A DNA stretch of 64,000 bases from Stegostoma tigrinum (Eukaryota): assembly GCF_030684315.1 (NCBI RefSeq), contig NC_081396.1, positions 4,650,001 to 4,714,000 on the forward strand, written 5' to 3'. Both the position numbers and the translations under genes were made by a program. The notes under the pieces are model-generated. The model saw nothing but the letters and a program-made list of their open reading frames with translations, did no database searches and was not told the DNA's origin. Below, piece by piece: positions 11,555 through 25,551 of the stretch (position 1 is its first letter; each line of letters opens with the position of its first letter).

Positions 11555-13133
11555 GTAAGAAATTTGAATGCTTTCAGCAACCGGTATATTTGATTTACTG
11601 ACTTAAGTAATTCATGAGTTAAATGAAACTCGGAATCTGGGCTGTGTTTAGTCTGGTTCCAATTGACTTTTCTGCAAAGTGATGACAAGCTACATTTAAG
11701 TCTCAGAAAATAAATAAAGTGCTGGTGAGGGATTCAGTTACTCAGGGTTTCTCTCATTTTTATTAAACAGTAAAACTGTGTCTTCAATTCTATGACGTTT
11801 AGACAATGTTTAATGCAATTGACACCCACTATCTTCGAGATAGTATCCACAACAAACGCTCAGAATTTGAAGATGTTAAAATATTCCCAAGCATGAACAA
11901 AATGTGCTAAAATATTATTAACAATTTCTTGAAAATATTCCAGGTGCAAAATTCTGTTCTTGTCGTGGCTGCATTTTGTGGTTTTGTATGTTATTTTAGT
12001 TGATGACAAGTACGTACGTATCTGTATTGAATTTTCCGTGCCGTGCCCCAGTTCACTCTGTTGATTTGAGTTGAGCAGTTTGATTAGCACAAAGGATTTT
12101 CCATCACTTCAATCGATTGATTCAAGCTGTTTGGATTCTGAGTTTGTTTTCCTTGACTCTGTTGAATTCAGTTGCTTTCATTCTGAATTTGTTTCATTTG
12201 ATTTTGTTGAATTCAGTTGATTGAATTCTGTTTCGCTGTTGAGCAGACTGTCTATGCGCATTACTTTTAATTATTAATATTGTTTGAAGTTCTTTGCTTT
12301 CCCTGCATCGTTTCTGCACTTGCTGAACTCAATTTGCGACATTCAGCTTACTGATTGATTTAAAGCATTATATCCGTTTGCAATTGTCTGAATAACTGAC
12401 TGAAGGCAGAAACACAAAAGAGTTGAGGATAAAATCAAAAATGCAGCATCTTCGTGCATTGTTTTTATTTAAAGTCAATTGTAGCAATAAAGTAAGTTAA
12501 GTCTGTTCTGACCATGCTCATTCAAAATACAATTTGGGTCTAACATCTCAAAATGCCTAATTGATTAGCTTTCATGACTGATTGTAAAGTTATTATTAGG
12601 TACAATTATAACGTGGTAATAGGTGGACATTGGCCTAATTTTGTTTCTAACTGAAAGTGATTAATCAAGTATGAATCTGATTGGTCTACTGTAAAGTGCT
12701 CGCAATTGGCATGAACAGGAAGGATGTACAGATTGGAATTAATTGAATTGTTGCTAAAAGCGTGCTCAAATTTATACCTTGTTAAGTAAGTCAACTTTCA
12801 ATTAAGTCTGCTGTTTTGACTTCTCATTTCAATATAATTTACTGATTAGCTTGTTTGATGGTGAGCAGCTTTCATGGATTCTAGTTTGAGATTTCATGAA
12901 CGATGTTACAGTTCTGATGAAAATGCCTGCAGAGTCAATTCTGCTGCAAGCACATTCCTGTCCCTCAATGTTGTGATTTGGTGATTTCAGGTCTCTTGAG
13001 AAAATAATACGTTTGGGGGTATCAAAGTTGTGATATTTTTGAAGCAGTGCCTGGTCTCTACAACGTTTTACTATTGTTTACATGATTGGTGACAGTAAAA
13101 CGGTCGAGTTTTCTCATTGAATGCAAACAAAAT

Positions 13134-13405
13134 GCGAGTTTGTTCGCTGAACTGGAAGGTTAGTTTTCAGACGTTTCATCACCAGTCTACATAACATCAT
13201 CAGTGAGCCTGCGATGGGCTTCGTCGGAGGTTCACTGATGATGTTACCTTGAATGGTGACGAAACGTCTGAAGGCTTCGTCGGAGGCTCACTTATGATGT
13301 ACCTAGAATGGTGACAAAATGTCTGAAAACTAAACTTCCAGCTCAGCGAGCAAACTCACATCCAGAACCTCAACCTGAGCTACAAATCTTCTCAAAACTC
13401 GCTAA
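13134..13405. mobile_element. PLE family B 3'-end remnant: one inverted and two tandem hammerhead-bearing units
   Basis: Matches 47415-47536; minus unit 13134-13210, plus units from 13218 and 13273. Confidence 0.85.
13231..13272 (+). ncRNA. Minimal type I hammerhead ribozyme motif, intact core
   Basis: Stem I TTCA/TGAA, CTGATGA (13235-13241), stem II GTTACC/GGTGAC, GAAACGTC with palindromic ACGT stem III. Predicted cleavage after 13268. Confidence 0.75.
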
Positions 13406-16400
13406 CAAAATGGGAGTTGAATTTTGCTGAAGCCTATTATTAGGAGAAAGGCAGACGACAATGGTTTGGAAACTAAGGAGAAACAGATAACCTAAGGAAC
13501 AATTATTACTTTGATGTCACTGTGGCTATTAAATATAAACGATGACTTGCAATGAACTCTTTCGATCACAGGATCTTTCATTATATAGTTTACAAGTCAC
13601 CGAGGAATACGAATCGAATTTCATAATTTTAATGTTCCAATCTTGGTCTTGAGCAAAAAAAATCCGTAACGGTGATCAAGAATCACCTCCCCACTCCGTC
13701 ATGTATTTCAAACATATTTTCTGGATGGGAAAGTTAAATGGCAAAGGATAATTAGCAATTCTTCTGATATACTGAGATGAAGAACAGACCTATTTCAATG
13801 CTTTGAACAGTTGAACAAATAACTGATATTAATTAACCATTATATACCTGATTCAACAAGAATTGTAGGAATAAAAACAAAACTTTAACTGAGTGATTTC
13901 ATCTGCACAGCTGTCTACTTTTTCCCAATCCATGTAGTTAAAATGTTCCCAGTTGTAATTTACAACGTCATGTCAACTCAAAAGTCACTCATTCAGATTC
14001 ACCTGATGTCGTGGATTATATGACCAAGGCTAGAGTTTGTATTAATTACACTTATCCAAGCATGAACGCATCATGTGAAAGCTTGAGCAAATGCATAAAA
14101 TGCCTTGTACATCAATGTGTTGAGACATGTGCAGAGTTTACTATTTTGCAGAAGCAACAAGCACAGAGTGTGAGAACACATTGTTTATTTCAAACAGTAA
14201 ACTTGAAAATTATTTACTTCAATTAATGTACCAGAGAAATTGTTGCAACTTAGCCATCGGAAGGATATTGTTCGCATTAGGTGAATGCAATTATCATTTA
14301 TTTAGGCAGCAGGTAAAGTGGGCAATTCCTGGCAGAAACACATTTTAAATTCATACATTTTAAAAAAAAATTATCCTTCACTGAAAAGCAGCTCATAAGA
14401 CAATTAACTCGGCATTGGGAAACAAACCTAACAGTAAATATTTATCTTCGAATTTCAACAGAAATTGTTTTCCACAATATAACACAATTTGTTTCTGTAC
14501 AGTGTGTGCACAATCTCCAAATTTAAAGAACTGTTTTTAGAAAATACGAAATTAATTTCGATAATTAATCATTTCCTCTTGACTTTTGCTTAAATTAGTC
14601 AAATGTCCCGTCTCAATAATTTGGTTTATCATAATGTGTTATGAAATGTATTGAAGGAGTAGGTAATCTCTGTTCAATGTGAAAGCATTCCCTTTCCTGT
14701 TAATACTTATCTGCGGACCAGTTTCTTTTAACAAATTTAAATTAGGGTTAATCTGTAATATTTGACTTGGATTAAATAGATTTATTAACGAGGTTCAAAC
14801 TGTTGCATAGTTTGTGCCTGTGCTATTTCTGACTGCCTTGACAAGTGGCCTTAACCTTTGTCAATCTTCTGGTTTGGTCTCCAGGAACTGAAGCAATTCA
14901 TTTTCATCTGGTGCATCAAAAGTTCTTTTATCTGCCATTAACATAATATTTACTTGGCCCCTCGGAAATGAAAACCCTGACCAAATCACTAAAATCAGAG
15001 TTAACAATGCAGAAATGAAAGACAGACTGCAGGTGTTTTGAAATCGGTTGTTAGAAATAATATTACTGCCTTTAGAGTTACTTTTAATTGAGCGAGGCAG
15101 TTGAAATAGCATGTGATTTATGTCATTCCTCCCTCAGTTTTCTGTTCCCTGTTTGGGGACACAATGTAGAATCAGCATTCATTGTGCATCTTATTATTGG
15201 AGTACATATCATTGGCTGTTCATGTTACTGGTAAAGGTTAAATTAGGCTTCAAAGGATTTTACTGCATTTGCATTCGAGCAGATCATTTGATGCAAAAAC
15301 GCAAATTATTCTATTGGAAAGGGACTTCCCCAGGTTTGAAATCTAATAAAACTGATTTTATAGCAATGGAATTGTTAGTGTTATTCCATAGTAGCTCCTC
15401 AACAGTTTGTCTGATTCAAGAGGACTATCAAAGTGCATTTAATTAATTTGTGAAATATTATTTCTACCGTGAAATGACTCTACAACTATTCGTGGTTGCT
15501 GAAAGGTGTTAATAGTTAACATGGTTTGTGTACTGTCAAACAGTTGGTCTGTATTGTCCTCGTTAGTGTCGAGCTGATGGTATTCTGCTGCCTTGTGGTG
15601 TGGAGGTGGTGTCCCTGAGTTTGAGATATGTGGCCCGTGTTCAATTCCAATCTGTTGCAGTGGTACATAATGCCACCTAAAAACAATTTAAATTGGAAAT
15701 TAAAAACACTTCGATTTCTTTGAGTGTTTTTGGAATTCCAAAAACAGACGCCTGCTTCAATTGCTGACTTACAAAGTAGATGGAATTTGGGCGGGAAGGG
15801 GGAATGGGTGATACTTTTATATTAAATAAAAACAATGTTTGGACATGGGATTTGAGCGTCATTAGTGGGGTTAATTCAGTTATGTCCCACAGAAATTCCA
15901 GCTTCTGGCTTGCTCTTCTATCAATAGCATTAATAAGAATCCCAATATTAATGTTGACAAAGAATACATGAGGTGACAATATTGAGCTTACTTAATTTTA
16001 TTCAAATGAGCATTCTATCTGAACAGGAGAGTTTGATTCTTCAGGAGGATAATGTTTCCACTGTATCCATCAGTTGCAGGGAATAGTGGCAGATATTCAG
16101 TTAATCTTCAGTTTATGCCTCAGTTCGTCCAGTACCTCTCCGAAGAACAATTTGTTTTCAGCAGAAGCCATGTTAACACATTCAGAGTCGAACCCAGTCG
16201 GTGTGAGTTCCCATGCCAGGAAAAAATGAAAACATTTTGCTGAAGCCAGGTGTACTGGGCTCGAAAGTGTATCTTTGTGTTCTCTCTTTAGGAGCTGCTG
16301 AAACTGCTGAGTTTCTTCAGCTATTTGCTTTCTTCATTTTGTTTCAGATGTCTAGCATTTTTGTTTTTTTTCATGAAAAAATTCTCTGTTGTCAGTGAAA

Positions 16401-17434
16401 AGATGTAAGTTATTCATGGAGTAAATATGACAATAAACTGAGCATTTTCAGTGATATTTCATATCTGATAATCATTGAAAGTAAGTAACAAAATCGGGAA
16501 CCGTAGTTTCAGAAGAAATATTGTCAAAAAATAGCAGAGGTTGGCGGCTGCTATAATTGTGCAGGAGTTATTTTGGCCTCTTAAATGGGGAATATCAATG
16601 CTTCTATTCCAAATAATCAACAAGAATTTTTTTTAACAAAATGTTTTCAAGCATTCTTTCGCTGCATATTTTTCGCAAAGCTTCTGACTGCCAGTGATAA
16701 CCTAACATTTGGCACAATGATAGGAGGATAGTGACAGATGTAGGGCAAATAAACTCTCAAACACGTCCACCATTTAATTAAATCTTGTTGGACTTGTGTC
16801 CAAACTCCATGTGCCTGCGTTTTGCCAAAAAAAATTAACATTTGATCATCAAAGAAAATCCATCCAAAACTTATTGATTAGATTGCAAGTAACAAAGTGT
16901 AGCACCATTTCTGAAAGACACTTCTCTGATTATTTAATTTTCCATAATGTGGCTCTGTTTAATTGCTCATGAGAAGAAACCTTAAATTTCTGACAATTTC
17001 CAATTTTAACATCACAGTCAAGTTCGTCAGAATATTTTAATTAAACATTGTATTTCTTTATTCCTGGCAAGAGTACTGTATGGTTACAAGGCCAGAAATG
17101 AGGAAACCTTCATTCCCATTAAAGAATGAAGAAACTATTCTGTTACTTCAGTAAAAACATGGTGAAACCACACAGAAGGAAACTAATTAGCGTGTCATCC
17201 TTGAATGGGCATAACACAAGTCCCTCAAATGCGATTCAATCCTTACAATGGATATTTCTGTCTCTCGAGAGACGTGGAAGTTTCAGAGCTCTTACATCGC
17301 CTTGAAAAGTTTGTAGTCAACAGCCTGCACAGAATTGCCACTCTTGATGTGACAACAGTCTGTCTGCAGCACGGTTAGAATGCGAGGTCAATAATTGTGA
17401 TCCTGAAAAAGGAAATGTCAGAGAAATAATTGCA

Positions 17435-17880
17435 AGCGAGTTTTCAGAAGATTTGTAGTTCAGGTTGAGGTCCTGGATGTAAGTTTGCTCGCTGAACTAG
17501 AAGGTTCGTTTTCAGATGTTTTGTCACCATTCTAGGCAACATCATCAGTGAGCCTCCGGTGAAGCGCTGGTGTTATGTCCCGCATTCTATTTATGAGTTG
17601 AGGTTTCGTTGGTTTGGTGATGTGATGTCCAGTGTTGATGTCATTTCCTGGGTTGGTGATGTCATTTCCTGTTCTTCACCAACACAGGAAATGACATCAC
17701 CAACACAGTAGGTGGCACCAACGCAGGAAATGACATCACCAACTCAAGGAAGCCGAATCACACAAATAGAAAGCGGGACATCACACCAGCGCTTCACTGG
17801 AGCCTCACTGATGTGACCAAGAATGGTGACGAATCATCTGAAACCGAACCTTCCAGCACAGCAAGCAAATTTACATACAA
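17435..17880. mobile_element. Palindromic PLE family B 3'-end pair
   Basis: 17435-17674 is the reverse complement of the family B 3' end; 17675-17880 is the forward copy. GGAAATGACATCACC repeats; both hammerhead cores mutated. Confidence 0.85.
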
Positions 17881-18239
17881 ATATTTGTAAGTTAAATCAA
17901 GTGTGATTTCGAACTAAACTTTCAAGTAAGCACTTGCTTGCTCGTGCGCTCTTGTCCTCAACATTGGCAGCTATGAGACGTGCTGCCAAAAGAATATGTG
18001 GAGATTCTAATGAGAAGTCGATGAAGGCCTCTTAGATACTTTAGAATTCCAATCATTTCATAAGATTATGATACTTCTTGTGCTCCACAGTCCTTCTAAC
18101 GCCCCATAAAATTTAAAGTCGTTGTTTACCATTCGAATATAGTATGGTGAACCTCTGGAGTTTTCTGCCACAGAAAGTGTTTGAGGCAAAAAAATGAAAT
18201 ACTTTCAAGAACGAACTTTTTTTTTGCAGAGATGAAAGA

Positions 18240-19210
18240 AACAGTGGGTCTCAGCTCAAATATGAACAGAGCATAATGTTCAGTAACGAAACTTGAAAAC
18301 ATTGAATGATGTGGAAGTTTGGTTTGACAGCAAAATTAGGCATAAAGTCAGGCGTGAAAAGTTCTCTAAAAGTTCAACAGGATTATGATTAGCAGGATCA
18401 ATAAGCAGAAGAATGACAGGCAGAGATTAATTTAGATGAATGCGTGGTGTTGTATTTTGATGAGACGACCTGGACATGAATAACACAGTTAATGGTCGGG
18501 TACTGAGTCGTGCAGTCGAAAACCGGGAGCGAAGAGTTCAGGTACATCGTTCCTTGGAAGTGTTGCCACCAATAGAGTGGCGATGAAGGCGCTTTGAACG
18601 CTTGTATTGATTGGTCAGAGCATTGACTGTCAGATTCGATGCGTTAAGTTCCTCCTGTACCCAACATTCGTGAGGCCACATTGGGAGGACTGCATTTCGG
18701 TCTTGTCACCGTGCTGCACGAAAATTCTTGGTAATTAACAAAAAGTGCAGAAAAGTTTTGCCAAATGTTACTTGAAGTTTTGAGAGATGGGAAGAGGTTG
18801 TTCACTCTGGATGTTTCTTTTAATCTATTGATTTTGGAAGCAGAATTTGTGAGTCGAGAGAAGTTTGTATAATCATCGGGGAAGCAGATAATCAGAATAA
18901 CAAATGTTTTCCTATTCTCCTATTTCAATAGAGATGAAAATTACGTGCCTTTGCTTTAAGTTGGAAAAGAAAGTTTCAAAAGGAACCTGTGGGAAACGTT
19001 TTTCACGCAGAGGCTGTTACATCTATGAATGAACTGGTAGAGGATATGGTAGATACAGGTTCAGTTACAACATTGACAAAAAAACCATTTCGACAATACA
19101 TGCACCAAATGCAGGCAAATGGAATTCCTTTAATTTGTGAATGCTGTCGGCATGAGTGATTTGGAAAGAGGGTCGGTTTTTATACTGTATGACTCGATAA
19201 TTCTGTGACT
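18240..19210 (+). mobile_element. Decayed CR1-type LINE fragment in JH-Cmu1 intron
   Basis: GTGAGGCCACATTGGGAGGACTGC and TTTTTCACGCAGAGG remnants. Boundaries approximate. Confidence 0.55.
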
Positions 19211-21653
19211 CAATTATGGAAAAGGATCGAAATTTGAAAATGATGAGTCAGTGAAGGGATAGAGTTTGAGCTAGTCAGCTTTGAAGTGTCGAGTTGCTCC
19301 TGGATGAGCTGGCACGGACATAGCTTGGCAGTTTAGAATCCAGGCAAACGATTATGATTATGAGGAAATAGTTTCACTGAGACGTGTTGGTAAGTGAGGG
19401 TGTCAATTTACTGGAAATCTAGTCACTGTTTAAGGTGCCAAGCTAGTTTGTTGTCAGACCAGCAGTATGTGGGATTGTTTGGATGGTAGATGAAGACAAT
19501 AATCAAATGGCAGGAGGTCAACATGCACAATGTAAAGCTCGCAGTTTCTTCAAAGTGTCAGGCGGTAAACAACGGATGAGAAGAGAGGTGGGATGGAACG
19601 TTCGCGGCTAAGATTGGAGTTAAATTTTCGAGGCTTTGAGATCATGCAAAAAGGAGTTGTGTCCTCACTTCGGTGAAAGGTACTGTCAGGGCGAGATACA
19701 AATGGACCATGTGCAGAGTGGCAGAAGGGGTATGAAGGAATCGCGTGTACATGCCCAGCTGGAAAAACGATTATCTTGGAATGCGTGGTGTTGTCGTGGA
19801 AAGGATTTCAAGCATGACAGAGTGATTGGATTTGTGACAGTATGGGGGCTATCAATGCCTGGGGAGGTTCAAGACAGAGTGAGAGAGAGTGGTGATCAGA
19901 CTGAGAAATTCAGAGCTTTGCAGTGAATTGAGTGTCAATTGAATCATTCCTTGCGAAATGTTTCACAGTAAACCATAGTTCACCAAAGACTCTGATCATG
20001 AATAGAGGAACACATATTTTCAGAGGCCTCCAGAATTCAGATAATTGCCCATGATCACTTTGAACTTCTATTCAATTGGCATGACTTCAACTTTGACACA
20101 CATTCTCACAATTCTCATCCTCTGCTCCACTTGGGGCTGCTGCAGCAACGTTCTTCTGGGACAAAAATATTCTGACTTGCATTGACAGTAGAAAGAGCGT
20201 TTCCCAACGCACTTGTACCAAGTATATTCAATCTCCCAGAAGAGTGACTTCTAATATTTCTCTTCATAATGTTATTGTCACTGCTGGGTCGTGCAGCGTC
20301 AAAATACTATGGGCTGTCATTTTAAAAAAGACACGAAATCCCATGCATAAGCTGTGGCAACAAGAGCAAAACATGTGCCAGACATTTTCAGCAAGTCATT
20401 TATCTGCCGTCTACAAGTGCCTGCTCACCATTTACAAGACACTGGACAGCAGTGAGACGGAATAATGTCTACTCTTGTGGATGAGTGAACCTTGAATAGT
20501 GTTTAATAAACGTGGCACCATTCAGAACAAAATAATACACTTGTTTGCAACCCCATTTATCATGTGCAATATTCACTTCTTTTCTTCAAATGCAGTGGGA
20601 CCGTTGTGGGATATCTGCGAGTTAGACTGTAGAAAATCAGCTAGTTTCCTTCCCCTGCAGATTTTGATCCCACGAACTATAACACCATGAGGGATTGGGC
20701 AGCAAATGAAAGACATCACAACCAACTGTACCTCGTTCTCTCCATGTAACAATATTGGCGCTTCTTCACAAATGTTCCGCCAAATATTCTATCACTCCCG
20801 TCCAAGAAATACCATGAGTACCTGCTTTGTAAGGTCTATAATGGTGGAAGAAAGCAACTTTCCTGCACATACCCATGGATAAAAGAAACATGCAAAGAAT
20901 GTGACTGGAGACAGCAATGCCAACATCACATGCACAAAACTAATCAAACAATATAAGGGCCAATATTTCTCTTTTACAAACTCGGCAGTTGTTTGTCCTT
21001 CACTGCTTGTCTGGTGATGCACTTTGAAGTCTCTAACATGATGGCATATACTGCCAACACAATATTCTCTACCTATTCCACCTGGTGTTCAAACTGGAAG
21101 AACGTTAAATTATCAGTCAAGATTCTGTTGCATGGCAGCATCAAACAACAGAAAGGGCACTGTATCACTGATTTACTTCCTTAATCCAAGACACTTAATG
21201 GAGTCAGGAGTCAATGTTGTTCGCTGCCTTGCAACTCTACCCCAACTATCTGGCATTGCCCTGCCACTTCAGATGGATCTGCTGGCAGATGGAATGGGAT
21301 TTTTTTATAAATGCTGAAACAGATCAAATTTGTTTGCTTGCAAAGACCTAATTTCCATGCAGACAAATCCAGTTTCTGTAATGTTAGACAGGAATTAGTT
21401 GAAATGTGTTCACTCTGAGCCCCACAACACAGGAAATGATAAAAGTTGATTCAAATTCTTACATCATCAGGTTTTATGATTGTTTCATTGTGATCCTGTA
21501 ATAAGGATTACCCAGCCACTTTTCAAGATTAGTCAATTTAAACATATTTGGGCGCTTGGGGAACTTGGTGTAGCATGAGAGACAGTGGTCAACTTTAACA
21601 AAATGCTTTCACAAGCACAGTCATAGAAAGGACAAGACAATTTAACTTTCACA

Positions 21654-21820
21654 NNNNNNNNNNNNNNNNNNNNNNNNNNNNNNNNNNNNNNNNNNNNNNN
21701 NNNNNNNNNNNNNNNNNNNNNNNNNNNNNNNNNNNNNNNNNNNNNNNNNNNNNNNNNNNNNNNNNNNNNNNNNNNNNNNNNNNNNNNNNNNNNNNNNNNN
21801 NNNNNNNNNNNNNNNNNNNT
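21654..21820. other. Assembly gap (167 N) in JH-Cmu1 intron
   Basis: Run of N. Confidence 1.
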
Positions 21821-22149
21821 TCTGAGGAAGGATTACTGGACCAGAAAATTTAAGAACTCTCTCCTTGGATGTTGCCAGAGCTGCTGAGTTTTTCCAGAAA
21901 TTACTCTTTTGGTTTCTCATTTGCAGCACCTGTTTTATTTTAGGTTTTATTCAATTGAACTCCTCCTCTATTCAGTTGTAGTCCAAAAGAAATATCAAAC
22001 TTGTTATTGAGAATTTCTTTTAAAACGGAATGGCGATGGGATTAAAGTGTTTTTATTCCTTCCTTAAAACAGATAAGACGTGCTCCTGGAGAGCAAAGTA
22101 ACAGATCATGACCAACAAGTGACATAAAGCAAAACTAAGCTGAATTTAT

Positions 22150-22462
22150 GCTGCTCAAGGGACCCAGTCTCCCGTTCATCCGCGGGCGTCTGTCTGTGCT
22201 GATTTTGCACATTCTCCCCATGTCTGCGTGTGTTTCTGCCGGGTGTTCCCGTTTCCACCCACAGTCCACAGTGTCCAGGTTAGCTAAAACGGCCATTCAA
22301 TATTCCTCAAAGTGCAAAGGGCTGTGTATGTTCGGTGGTTTAGCCATGAGAAATGCAGTGCTAATGGGGAGGTGACTGGTTCTCGTCGTGCTGCTGTTCG
22401 GAGTGGCAGTGCAGGCGTGCTGGACTGAATGATCTGTTGGCACGCTGCAAGGATCCTATGAA
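22150..22462 (+). mobile_element. HE1-type V-SINE ending about 40 nt upstream of the Cmu1 acceptor
   Basis: TTTGCACATTCTCCCCATGTCTGCGTG core and a CR1-like 3' tail. Confidence 0.75.
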
Positions 22463-22503
22463 TTAACAGAGTCTAACTTGCTTAATCCGACATTCTTTCC
22501 CAG

Positions 22504-22800
22504 TGACTCCATCTTCCCCGACGCTTTATGGTCTAGTCTCCTGTCGTGAACACAGCACTGATGACTCTGTGATTTTTGGTTGTTTGGCGATGGACTATTC
22601 CCCCGACGTCACTACTGTGACCTGGAAGAAAGATGGGGCGCAGATCATGACTGGATTTAAGACATACCCATCGGTGAGAAACAAGAAGGGAACTTATACG
22701 CTGAGCAGCCAGTTAGCCCTGACTGGTGCAAACGCGCATTGTGAAAAAGTCTACTGTGAGGTTCGACACAGCGGGTCCGACAAGAGCAAAGAAATACAAT
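22504..22800 (+). CDS. IGHM: IgM Cmu1 exon (VTPSSPTLYGLVSC...FGCLAMDYSP...W...YCEVRHSGSDKSKEIQ)
   Basis: Acceptor TTCCCAG at 22503, donor GTAAGT at 22801, C1-set Cys/Trp/Cys pattern, N-terminal Cys (LVSC) at the usual light-chain-linking position. Confidence 0.96.
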
Positions 22801-25551
22801 GTAAGTGTTGTGGGAACGTGGTAGACAGATATGTGTGCTTTACGCAAATATGGTCTTATTCATAACACTTTTCACAGAATCCTAGATCTGTTCAGCAGAG
22901 AGGATGGCCCCTCGGCCTATCTCGTACATACAAAAGAAAACTACCCATCTGCTCCAGCCCATTTGCCCATTTGCCCACACAGACTGAATTGCCTTGTTGA
23001 TTTGACATTGCAAGTGTAGGCTTCAATATTTCTGACATGATATCAGGGGTCCAGCTTCAACATGACTCACAAGCATGCAGCACCAATTCCAACATTGTCT
23101 GGATGACTTATTCCATTCAAAACATCTTGCTTTTATCTAAAAACTATGTACCTTATTGCGAGGTTTGGATAATTTAAGTTACTGTGAAAGGCTGAGTACG
23201 ATCCATTTAATTTCCCAAGAGATTCAAAGTCTGGAGACCTGACAGAAGATTTTTTTTTTAAATCATTAGCAGTATGGACAGAGTGAACAGTCAATTTTTT
23301 TTCGTCACGGTCGGGAAATCCAAAACTAGAAGGCATAGGCTTAAGTTCAGAAGGCAAAGATTTAGCAGGGACCATACAAATAGTGATATGTGAATCGATT
23401 GAGGTGCCAGAGGAATTGGTGGAGTGCAATGAGATAATTTAAGAGTTATCTGGATGGGAACATGAATAGGAAGCATTTAGATGGACATGTGTCAAATGCT
23501 GGCAAATGTTACTAGATTACTTCGGGATATTTGATCACAATAGATGTGTTTCACTGACGTGTCTATTCCCATGCTATACATGTCTACGATTCTGTGACTT
23601 TTTGAGAAGTCATAGCGCTACAAACGGTAGGTGGGCATGCACACAAAAGAATCTCAGGCATCTCAGGATTCCACTCTTTGTAGTGGTAAACGTTCCATGT
23701 TCTTTTTCAGGATGCATGGCTCACTTAAAACATAGCCAGAATGATTTCCATTTTCCATAAGCCGCCTATCAAGCCAGTCCTTCTTTATTCTACTATACCG
23801 CACAATCGTTGATTTCACTACTTACAGCTCAACAATTTTTATTTCATCTGTGAAACTTCTGATCAACACTTCTAGATTCAAGTCTAAATATTTTATAGAC
23901 ATCACACCAGTAAGAATGTTTATACTGATCCTCACAGAGGATCATTCGTCACAGAGCTCCAGTCGCATAAACACACCACGACCATCGGCCTCCGATTCCT
24001 ACAACTCAGCCAGTTCTGGAACCAATTAGACACTTTTTTTTTCAGCTTCCATTTGCTCTTCGCTTTGCTGTCATCTCCCCACCTGGCAACTATTTGAAAA
24101 CTCCTTTCGAGTTCGTTCGGCTAGATTTCCCCGAATGGAAAAAACTGCCGACAATGTTTGATTAAACTCTTCCAAATGAAGATTAATTGTGTTCTGAGGA
24201 ATTGCTTCCGATATTTTCCTTACAACTGAGTTGAGTTTGACTGTCCTCTGGTTCCATGGTTTATTCTTTGTTTCATCTTGCTCCATGGTATACCTTTGAA
24301 TGACTGACAGTCATTTGGGATATACCCCGTGGCTAAAGAGGAAGTCAAACATATTGCTATCACCTCATGCACGACCTTTTATTCCTCACTAAACAGCCCT
24401 GGATAATTTTAATCTGCCCTGTAATACAAAACGTGAGCATCCACTCATCTAATGCAGATTTTTTAAAGCAAATCACGACTGTTCCCCATGATGTTCAGGT
24501 CTCATTGCGTTTTTCATCACGTCATTTCTTTGTTGGAACAGGTTGGCTTTTTCGTCTTTCTGTTTCCTGCTTGAATGCGTCCAACTGTTTTAACTCAAAA
24601 TTGAAATTAAGTGTCGATCTTAGCTCACTCTGGTCAAATTGTACCCTATCATATTAAATTTGACCTTCCCATATTTCATAACTTTAGTTCGGATCTTTTC
24701 CTATTACTTTCCAGAACAGTTATGAATCCAATGGATTTGTGATCAATCTCTGGAAAATGTTTCTCCTTTCATACATTAAGCACTTTGTCAGCCTCAATGC
24801 CCAGAGTTAAGCCGAGGTGCAGTGTCTCTTGCAAGGCCTTTACAGGCTGAGTTAAAAATCTCAATTTCTCAATTCTGCTCCTTCTGGACATTTGAAATGA
24901 TGAACTTCAAGAAGTTGAAATCCTTACAATGATTACCCTATTTACGTACACTTGTCTGAAAATTTGCTGGAAGTATCCAGACTCATATCTCTCGGATTGG
25001 TCGAGGAGCCTTTCTGACACTCCGAACAGAATTTTGCTTCATTTTGGTTTTTAAGTACTTTTCATTTTCCTTCATTTGAGGATGTATCTACGATTTCATT
25101 CCTCTTTACTACTGAAAACATCCTGTTCAATATTGCAACAGACACCATCACCTCCCCACCGCTCCCCACCCCGCGTCCATTTTATAACTTCCCACAATTC
25201 GTCTGAAGGCGACATCTCCTGGAATAATGTGCCCTGTCCCTCTCTCAACATATCTCCGTGATGTCACTACTTAATTTCCTCATTGTCCTCTGAAACTCGC
25301 CGGAATTTTTTCATTGATTTGACTGATGTATAATTTCTGCACCATATTTCGGACTTGCTATTTCTTCCAATTTTGGCACTTGCTATCAACCTTCTATTCT
25401 TTCTGCCTGAATTCCAGATATTGCTGTTTTCTGCATAATTCGTATCCTTGTAATGTTTAGGCAAACAGCTACTAAACACAATGAACACTGAAACAAAATT
25501 GTTGACTATTTTTTCCCAAATCAGATAACTTGCACGATCTGTTTTGTTAAG

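Noticed and set aside
11555-22503. Classical switch region or extra C exons in the J-C intron
   Set aside because: No G-rich/AGCT tandem array or Ig-domain ORF seen, though the 167-N gap is unreadable.
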